DNA from: Blasia pusilla
Lineage: Eukaryota
Length of the DNA: 64,000 nt
Direction of reading: 5' to 3'
NCBI GenBank assembly: GCA_050084515.1
Contig: CM114271.1
Span: 31,806,001-31,870,000, forward strand
The notes under the pieces were generated by a model, which searched no databases, had not been told where the DNA came from, and saw nothing but the letters and a program-made list of their open reading frames with translations. Position 1 is the first letter of the stretch. Every line of letters begins with the position of its first letter. A program made the translations under genes and the position numbers. Below are positions 54,117 to 64,000 of this stretch, in pieces.

Positions 54117-57100
54117 GTCTTTGTTGATTCTGCACCTCCAGCAGAAACAGTACTTCTCTCAGCGAAAGCATACAACTCATACAATTGAGGTCATTGAAAA
54201 TGGACATCTCCCTCGTAAGGATTTGAACTCTTCTTTTCTTCACTATCCAATAAGGCCACAACTCCTAGCTCAAAACCACAGTAATTTGCATTTGTCTCAT
54301 CCTTGCAAAGGTTTTCAACTGGTTGTGCTTCACTTGTAATCAACCGTGTAGTGAAAGGAAAACATCAAGAGGCAAACTCCGCCTCCTAGGTCTGTAGACT
54401 AACTATTTCTAATCACTTCGAATGGCTGAAAAAAATTGTAAGTAGACTAGAAACTGCGCTGTCAAATTCTTGACTTGTCAGAAGACGTAAGTTGCGACAT
54501 GTCGAGCCAAGAATTAAAGCCCCAAAAGCTATTAATATACTTTACATATCCCCGGTGCAATAAGCAAACACTGAACTTACAAATCCAGTAGCAAAGTTCA
54601 AATGGTCTAACCGAACACTACTCAACACACGGTCACCATCAGTTGTTCACAGGTGTTAAAGGATTCTACGCCAACTGACCTCCGATTCCCACTACACCCC
54701 ACCCCCTCCCAATCTAGATGAGTACCTGCGTTACTATGGATGGACCTACGGCCTCTTTCAAAAAGCTGCAAACTTAGGACACGAACAAAGTCAAAGTCTA
54801 ATACTAATCTTGAAGCATGGAAAACGAAATTCGGCAAGACCGACCAATCCGGTGTAGCCAGACTCTACACGACTTCACTTTTTGTGACGAGGTAGCACAA
54901 TTTTGAAAGAAAAAAAAGACATGCGCATGACATTTGTTATCCAACATTATGCAGATTGATTATCACAGTTTTATGTGTTCATCTGTGGAAGTTTAAAAAC
55001 CGCAAGACCGACTAGATCAAATGCCGACTCCAAAGATTATTGGTAAAGAACAATCAGGACGTCGAGACCGACAATATATTAAACTCGACCCACGGAATGT
55101 TTGTTCTAGATGGATTGATGATGAAATCGTTGGCTTATCCGCACCGATCATCTTCTCAAAACAGACATAGACAAAGGGAGGGCACTTATCAAATACTCCC
55201 TTGACATGGCGCTACGACTGAACGTGGAACACATACCCGCGGGGAGAGAGACCGAGAAGGAAGACCTATCTTCAACCTACCACTCTCCGCAAGGACGAAT
55301 CCAAAATTTTGGCAGAGACCGTAGCATCTTCGTAGATTACGAAGAAAAACACCTAAACCTAGACCAAGGTATGTCACCACACGAAGGCTTGCACCCTGGT
55401 ATGGAACTACGTCACAAGATGTAAAACTGAGTACATAACAGACGTGGCAATGATGACGCCATTTTGTCGATATTTCACGATAATTCCCCAAAAGCTCGAC
55501 TAAACGACCCCATCCTGTGACAACGAAGATTTTGACAGACAGATTCCTCTCAAAAGTCCGAACAGTATGTTGCACGTCTACGCAGCGAGGGTCATCGTAA
55601 AACCCGGTGAGCTCAATTCTGGATTAAACTCGGAGTGAACACTTTCCTGTCGATCTCTGGACCATGGACTCGCTCCGGACAGAAACTTCTATACTTGCGC
55701 GAATTCTTATCGAGCATGTCCCGTAGCTGCGTTCCACTTACAAAAGATATCCGCGGCCGGGAAAACAAACATCCTCCGCGGTGATTCAAAACATATCCAC
55801 AGACGTCACGATCCGAAGGACCTCACACCGCTGTTCCATAAAATCGTCCGCAGCTCGCCACACTGAGAAAGAACACTCTAGCCATAGAGTTAGGAGGCAA
55901 TTTTTCCACTTGCCGGACTGTGAAGACTCGCCTCGCCTCGCCTCGCCAGCCCTCCAAGAACCCCAATCCCTCCCCTCGTTTATCGCTTATCCATGATCCA
56001 ATTCTCTTGCTTGTCGCTCTAACTCACTGCGTCTGAGTTTGGCCAAACGAGCAATGTAACCGAGTTCACAATGATCTCGCAGCTCTCAATATCATACCCC
56101 ACCGGACCGTCAATTGATGTGGCTCGAAATCGAAGCATCTAAAACAGTTGTATGACTATGTATGTATAAATAAAGAGAGTCTCACTCATTGGCCTGTAGT
56201 GTTTCACACTAACAAGAGTGGATATCTCGAACCGTCGATCTTTCCATCCACGGCTGTACACTGGTTCTTTTCAACAAAGGCAGACAATCATATGTTCCCG
56301 GTTGTGTAGCCGTGCCGAAACGTTCTCCCGGCGAGGCACCGCTGGTTACTCATTTTGTTTTGTAAAGTAGATTACCTTTCCATCACACGTACTATACTAG
56401 TCGATGCGACGGTTAATGGGTAACTTTTAAAATACCAACATGTTCGAAAATTAAGAGGGTTGTTTCTAATTATTAATTGGTAAGTATCATTATAAGTTTT
56501 GTTATAATAAACTAATACGGTGTATATGCAATCCACAGTAAATAAGAAAATGTTTTAAGAGTTAATGCATAGCCCGTAAAGGAAAAAAATTAATTATGTT
56601 GTATACAAATTCAAATTTTTTTCTCGTTGCCCGTAGCATGTGAAACACTCACATTTTTTTGCCAAGTTGCCATATGTCAAATACAAAGGTGTTTGCAAAT
56701 CAAAAAAGCATTCTCCCATGATAATATAAATTATAATTAAAATCTACTGTTTCATAAAAATAATTTTCAAAAGAATACAAAAAGAAACTAGTGTGGAGGT
56801 CCTTGGAGGTCTTTTGTTGTTAGCATCCCAACAAAATGTTTATATTGCTAGTCTAAATATTGAAAAGAAGGCACATTTAAATGGGAAAGAAGGGGCAAAG
56901 GGATTGGTAGCATATAGGGTCTTTTGGGTCAATAACGCAAACCAATGTGAGGTCCCTGTTCACACAAAGTAAGAGGAATAACACGAAGGAAAAATGTGCA
57001 ACTCAAAAATCAATGACTCAATCACAAGTTGGGATAATGTGCTAGACTCATGGAGTTTTCTCTAATTTGGAGAAGAAAGTGGTATCGAGATTGAAATGTG

Positions 57101-58482
57101 TGCAAGTAGATGTCGAGATAAGAAGATAGAAAATGAAGTTGAGGATCGAAAAGAGTATGTGAGAGCTAGAAAGGGATAGAGATTGACATTCCATCTTCAC
57201 AAGTAGGTGAATCTATTCATACTCCCCAACTTTTATAGATCAATATTGCGCAATACCGATAGTTATACATTGCCTTGATTACATTGAAGTGAGGAGTGGT
57301 ACTCTCTTTATAATCTATCATGAGATCATCCTGTGGATCCATAAATTTCTCAAGGTCTATAAGACTTCCCATCCTAACAACGTCCCCTTGGTCTTCTTGC
57401 TCTTACACTTCTTTCCGTGTCATAGAAGTTGCGTCTTTATTCACTACTTTGGTGGATTTGAGAGGTAGGTAGGTAACACTTTGTCCAAGCTCCAATATCC
57501 TTAATGAAAGAAGAGAGAAAACTCAAGATGCATGCGACACTAATTGTGAGCTCAAAGCCTTAAGTGGAGCACTTTGAATCTTCAAACAATTTCTCATGAT
57601 TTAGGTTTGAGGCGAAGAAACAGAGAGTTTCTTTGTATCGTGTAAAGCTCAAGAAAGTGTATCTAGATTTAAGATTTGAAGAAAAGCAATCGATATTTTC
57701 TCCCAATATGAGACCATTTTTTTGACATCTCCCTTTCTAGGTGGAGGCAAGATGTAAAAAATGTAAGATCCATCTCTCATTTGCCTCGGTCCTTGCTTGA
57801 ATTTGATAGAGAAAATTGTAAACTTGAACCTTATCCTCATCCAAATTAAAGTAGTTTTATTATTCCAGAGATATGTATCACGTCTTTTGTAGCACATTGA
57901 CGAGTATCCATAGGGTCGTGTCATGCGCCTACTCCTCTTGAACGTCAATCTTTTTTGTGGAAGTGTACGTTCAGCAAGATAAGCTCTCACTACTTATCTG
58001 CACCCAAACACACTCACGTTAGTCTGGTTTGTATCCATCAGCCTTCCAACCCACCGCATTCTCAATTGTGCAACTCATCAAGCTCAAGCGTCTTAGTTCT
58101 TTACTTCCCAATACGGACAAGTCTTCTAAGACTTGGGACAAACTCTCTGGTTAGTTTAGGCACCTAAAACGGGGTTTGCACGCCTAGTGGTCCCAACTGC
58201 CAGATGGAACTCGCATAAGCCCAAAAGCTAGACCCAACTAAATGAGTTGCGGGTTGGAATCCAATAGGGACCTCCGAAATCCACTCTATTGGATTTGGTT
58301 CAGGTTTTGAATACCAACGTCACAACTCCTCTTCCATTCCATGCCCTTGGATCTCCCCGCAGCGCCCCAAAGAAGGGTTTGAGTCCCAAGCACTCTTGGA
58401 GACCTTTCCCCTTACAAGTATTTTCTAGGGTTCTCCTCCCTCTCCCTATCTTTGGGTAAGGGACGTTCGGGCCACTCTTTTG

Positions 58483-61400
58483 TGTGGAAAATTGCTAAAC
58501 AAGCATAACTTGTGGAAAACGGCTCACACACACACACACCACCACCATGGAGAACAAAATTTGTAATGAGATAATGAATGGAGAGTGGTCCTCTTCTCAA
58601 TTATATAGGGTATGTACAAGCAACCCTAACCCTATCCTTAACCATAGTCTCGAGTTAGCCTAACTGCGATTAATTAACCCTAGTTAAGATAATCGTGCTT
58701 AACTGACTAACCAAGATTAAACTTCCCTATTTCGTGTGAGTGCCAAATGAAGCAGTTCAGGTGTCTCATGAGCTTGACTCTAACTCAATCTTCAATACTC
58801 CCCCTCAAGCTCATATCGATATCTCTAACGCCTAAATCCTTTCTAAACATCTCAAACTTATCTCTAGATAATGCCTTTGTAAAGATGTCAACAATTTGTT
58901 GATCTGTACCTACATACACAAGATCAATTTCTCCTGCAAGCACTTTCTCTCTGATAAAATGATAGTGCACCTCAACATGCTTTGTACGAGCATGAAACAC
59001 AGGGTTATTAGCAAGCTTGATGTTACTAATATTGTCTGCATATATTACACTAGGTCCTAAGTTACTAACACCAATCTCAACAAGTAATCGATGAAGCCAC
59101 ACCGCCTCACATGCTGCATTGGTTGCTCCTCTGTACTCAGCCTCTGTTGAAGATAAAGCAACTGTAGGTTGCTTCTTTGAAGCCCAACTTATAACTACGC
59201 TTCCCAAAGTAAATGAATAATCGGATGTGGAGTGTCGATCAGAAACGCTTCTTGCCCAATCAGCATCTGTGAATCTCTGTAATTGAAAACTCGGAGAAGG
59301 TTCAAATTGAAGCCCAAATTGAATAGAGAATTTCACATACCGCATAATCCTTCTCACAGTATCAAGGTGAGGTTTTCGATGTGCTGGCATAAACACGCTC
59401 ATTAGACCAACAACATAGCTCAAATCTGGTTTGGTTATAGTTAGATAGATCAAACTTCCAACCATGCGCCTATACATATTAGAATCTGCAAGCAGCTCTC
59501 CTTCATCCACTCTTAGCTTCACGCTCTTGTCCGACGGTGTAGAGATTGGCTTACAAGCCGTCATACCATATTTTGAAAGCATATGAAGAGCATATTGTCG
59601 TTGTAGTAACCACATGCTCTCTCCAACCTTGATAAACTCAATACCAAGGAAGTACTTGAGTTCTCTCAAGTCCTTCATATCAAATTCTGCTTATAACTTA
59701 AGCTTGACTTGTTGTACCATTTCTTCAGTACTCCCAGTAATCAAGAGATCGTCAACATACAACACAATGAGAATTGTATCATCTTGTCCTCTCAAGATAT
59801 ATAACGAGGAGTCAGAATCACATACCCTAAAACCCAACTCTTGGAGGACGTATGTAATCTTGCCATACCAAGCTCTTTGAGCTTGTTTGAGCCCGTATAG
59901 AGCTTTCTTCAACCTGCATATGCAAAATGGAAACTTAGGATGCTCGTATCCAGGTGGTTGAGTCATATATACCTCCTCGTATAGATCTCCATTCAAGAAG
60001 GCATTTTTTACGTCCATGTGATGTAATCTCCACTTCTTACTTACTGCAACTGCAACCACTGTTCTTGTAGTCGCCATCTTTGCAACAAGACAAAATGTTT
60101 CCTCATAATCCATACCATATTGTTGTGCATAGCCCTTAGCCACCAGTCTCACTTTGTATCTGTTAATTATATCATCTTGATTGCGCTTGATTTTGTAAAC
60201 CCATTTGCAACCAATAGCTTCCTTATCGGAAGCTATATCAACCAGCTCCCATGTTTGTTGATGTCTTAATGCAGCAAGCTCTTCCTCCATAGCTTCAATC
60301 CATTCGGCTTTACTCGTAGCTTCTTCAAAACAACTCGGCTCTTGCTCTTGAAGGGTAGTCATCATATATGCATGATGTGTAGGAAGGAAACCTTCATTTA
60401 TGAATCTATGAACTGGATGTGTAACTCTACTTGATCTACGAAGTTGTTGTTCAAAGGTAGATGCCTCTAACACCTTACTCGATCTCTAACTAATGTTAAC
60501 ACACTGAATATGTACTCTTCCCGTCCATGGACTCACACATTTAATGGATGAATATTGGACGTCTCCTAATCCTGCTCTAGTACTTGGGGAAGTTGAAGAC
60601 AATATTTGTTGGTTTATAGTCATATTCTCCCCCTCAACAGACAAGTTTAGAGGTGGAATAGGCTTAGATGGAGCATACCATGACTTTAACTCATCAAAGA
60701 CAACATCCCGACTAATAATAAGCTGCCTAAAGGATGGAATGTAGCACTTAGTTCCATCAGCATAGCCAATGAAGATACATCTTTCAGAAGGAACATGAGC
60801 ATAACAGATACAGCCAAATACTTTCAAGAAGGAAAAATCAGGTTTACTTCCTATGAAGACTTCGAATGGAGTTTTATCATGAACTCTTGCTGTTGGAGAT
60901 TGGTTGATTAAGAAGACTGCACATGCTACAGCCTCCGCCCAATACACCTTAGGCATATTCTTCTCATTCAGCATAGCTCGTGCCGCTTCAAGAATATGTC
61001 GATTTTTCCTCTCAGCCATTCCATTTTGTTGTTGAGTGTAGCGGCAAGTCACTTGGCGTTGGATGCCATTGTGATGTAAATACTCATCAAACTCTGCTAA
61101 AAGATACTCTCCTCCTCCATCACAACGCAATTTCAGAATGTGTTGTCTAGTCTACTTCTCTACTAGAACTCTGAATGTTTGGAACATTGAGAATTCCTCT
61201 GACTTGGCTTTCAAAAAGTATACCCATATATACCTAGAGAAGTCATCAATAAATGAAACAAAGTACAGGAAACCACTAAGGCTCTATTGTGATGTTGTCC
61301 ACACATCACTGTGGATCAACTCCAATATCTTGGATGCTCTTCTACCTTGCTTTGGAAAAGGAAATCTAGCTTGTTTTCCAAATTGGCAAGCAAGACATAC

Positions 61401-63760
61401 TTCTAACATAGCAAGACTCGCTAATTTAGGGAGTCCTATTATTATATTAGATGATGAAAGACTTTGTAATCTTTGAAGATTCATATGTCGAATTCTTTTA
61501 TGCCACACATTTTGATTTGTGACTTGTTGGCCAATTTGAACATACATTTATGTTTGAATCTCTGGAATAGAAACATCTAATTTGAACATTTTGCAAGATC
61601 TAGTTTCTTTGGCTATTGTAGTCTGGTTATCCATTGTTTCAATCAAACAACCATCTGCGTTAAACTTCACTTGATAACCTTGTTCTACTATCTGTCCTAC
61701 AGAAATCAGATTTCTTGAAATGGTAGAAACATAGAGAACATTTCCAAGAGCACAAAGACCATCTGATGCTATTGGAAATTTACCGGTATGCGTGATATGA
61801 TGTTGAGTGTCATCTCCTGTGAGCACAATTGCAGGGTCTTTCACCGGCTCCAAACTACTGAACCATTTCGCTTGTGAGGTCATGTGATTTGATGCACTGG
61901 AGTCAATGTACCAATCTGTTGTCGAGTCTTTCTTGACCATTGCTCCCATATGATGAGTCATGACCAAGAGATGCTCCGTTTGTGAATGTTGTTGTTCTTG
62001 GTACTGCTCTTGGTGTTGTTGCTCCACATAGTTTTGTTGCTGTAAGGCTCCTATTCTCATATCTGCCTTCTTCTTGAAGCAAAACTTTGCATAGTGACCC
62101 TTTATTCCACAGTAATTGCAAGATCCAGGAACCCTCTATTGCTGACCTCCACCCCAACGGTTTCCACCATCACCACCATGTGATTGTGTCTGGTACTGGT
62201 TTGTAGTTGATCGAGTGACGTTATATTGAGTGCCTCTTCCTCCATATGTTTGATATCCACCACGACCACGGAAGTTTCTACCACGACCCCTCACTCTGTT
62301 TGATCCATAACCTGCAAATAGCGCACTCTCTTGCAGACTAGACGAGCTATCGCTACCTACTAGGCGCATCTCTTCACTGATCAACAGAGGAACTAACTCT
62401 TGAAAGGTTGGATATTTCTCTCTCACAGAGATAGAGATCTCAAAAGACTTGTAGTCCTTTGGAAGGCCTTGAAGAGTGAATAAGATCAGATCATCATCTT
62501 CTACTATCACTCCAATGTTATTACACTGATCAAAAATATGTCTGATATTCAAAATATAATCATTGATGCTTTTGCGATCATTTCCTCATTTCGTTCAATT
62601 GTTGTTTCAATTGAAGCTTTCTAGCCTTTGTAGATGTGTGGAACTTTTTTTCCAATGCATCCCAGGCCTCCTTTGGGGTATCAACATCTTGGATGTGACC
62701 TATCATTGGCAAATTGATCGTTATTGAAATGTAGTGGATTACTTGCCTTGCGCGCTTGTTCCAAGCGCGAACATTCAAGTCTGTTGAGTCACCTTCTGGC
62801 TTGGCCTCATCACGTGTGACAAGCTCCCATAGTTCTTGACCCATGAGAAATTTTTTCATGCGAAACTTCCAGACATTGTAATTCTACTTGTCTAGCTACT
62901 CGCCTGTGATTGCTGTTGAGGAATACTCCATGATAAACGATTTCACTCACAAAAAATATAATTTCAGGATTTCTACTGCTCCAATTGAAGCATAGACCAC
63001 TCCTATACAGAAATTGACCTGAAATTTTCCAAAATTTATCAACTGTATGAAAGAACTAGTCAAAATTGGCATGTAGAAAGCAAACTGCACAACTTTTCTT
63101 CACTAATTGTACTTTCCTACACTTAAATTGTTGCTGCAGGAGCTCAGAGTGTCAAAATCAAGCGATTTTGGGTGCGTTGGAAAGCTCTCGATGAGCTCTA
63201 TAAGATGACTTGAACCAATCTTTCGTACCTTTCTAGCCGCTTCGGACCTTGACGATTGAATCGACCGGGAAAGCCCTAAAAAACGCCTTCAAAGTTTTAT
63301 CACCATCAAAGCTCCACTTGAAATCTGTACCCACTGAGCTCAGAGTAAAATTTCCTTCTCCCAAACTGAAATTGTGCCTTCTCTTGCCTCTCTTCTCTCT
63401 TCAAACACCAAGTATTTCAAGTGATGTTCTCCTCCCGCTGTGATACCATGTGGAAAATTGTTAAACAAGCATAACTGGTGGAAAACGGCTCTCACACACA
63501 CCCACCACCATGGAGAACAAAATTTGCAATGAGAGAATGAGTGGAGGCTGATCCTCTTCTCAATTATATAGGATATGTACAAGAAACCGTAACCCTATCC
63601 TTAACCATAGTCTCGAGTTAGCCTAACTTTGATTAACTAACCCTAGTTAAGATAATCGTGCTTAAGTGACTAACCAAGATTAAGCTTCCCTACTTCGTGT
63701 GAGTGCCAAATGTAGTAGTTCAGGTGTCTCATGAGATTGACTGTAACTCAATCTTAAATA
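58483..63760 (-). mobile_element. Ty1/copia LTR retrotransposon, copy 2 (structurally complete, ORF disrupted)
   Basis: LTRs at 63760-63449 and 58797-58483. PBS TGGTATCACAGC; PPT GAGGGGGAG; TSD TTTTG. gag-PR (WYIDS)-IN-RT (YVDD)-RH from 62931 to 58785 with frameshifts. Same family as 24095-34184. Confidence 0.96.
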
Positions 63761-64000
63761 TTTTGGCCCTCAACCCAACTCCATAGATAGTCATTTTTGG
63801 AAAGTTCCTCTAGCTCTACTTATGCGTTTGCTAAGATCTTTGGAATTGGCTTTGCATAAGATTTCTAACACCATTTTACTTATCCCAAATGCATCTTCGG
63901 ACTAAAAGTTATGGTCCAAAATACATTCAATCCCCCAAAAGCTATTCACGTTCCAAGTCCGGTTCTCACATCTTGGGCAACCCCTCTTCCTATACTCAAC

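Noticed and set aside
57300-58480. Possible gypsy/LTR remnant hosting copia copy 2 (continuing past 63765)
   Set aside because: Only vague similarity; no boundaries or clear domains.

Overview
Eukaryotic nuclear DNA, most likely from a non-flowering land plant (bryophyte/lycophyte-like; inferred from gene and TE types). It holds two intact spliced genes: a group III WRKY transcription factor (+, 3568-5942, 3 exons) and a ~2387-aa FYR-domain/C-terminal WD40 protein (-, 54116-42698, 11 coding exons, one of 4.9 kb). Between them lies a multi-layer retrotransposon nest (8.7-34.5 kb), and a second Ty1/copia copy sits at 58483-63760. The standout is a Ty3/gypsy-type element at 13463-21112 (-). It encodes a C5 cytosine DNA methyltransferase domain after the protease and a PHD finger after the DDE integrase. 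Its LTRs are split/circularly permuted (B-body-A-B-A), and it has a Tf1-like self-priming signature in place of a tRNA PBS. It is inserted, with a CCAA(T) duplication, into an older relative. Also present: two CR1/RTEX-like LINEs with exact 177-bp 5' tandem monomers (one retains an (ATTTACC)n tail), a 70-bp LINE stub, two copia elements with TA...CA termini, a ~120-bp fold-back hairpin inside one copia, and MITE-like remnants. All TE copies are decayed. Coordinates were read by eye and may be off by a few bases.
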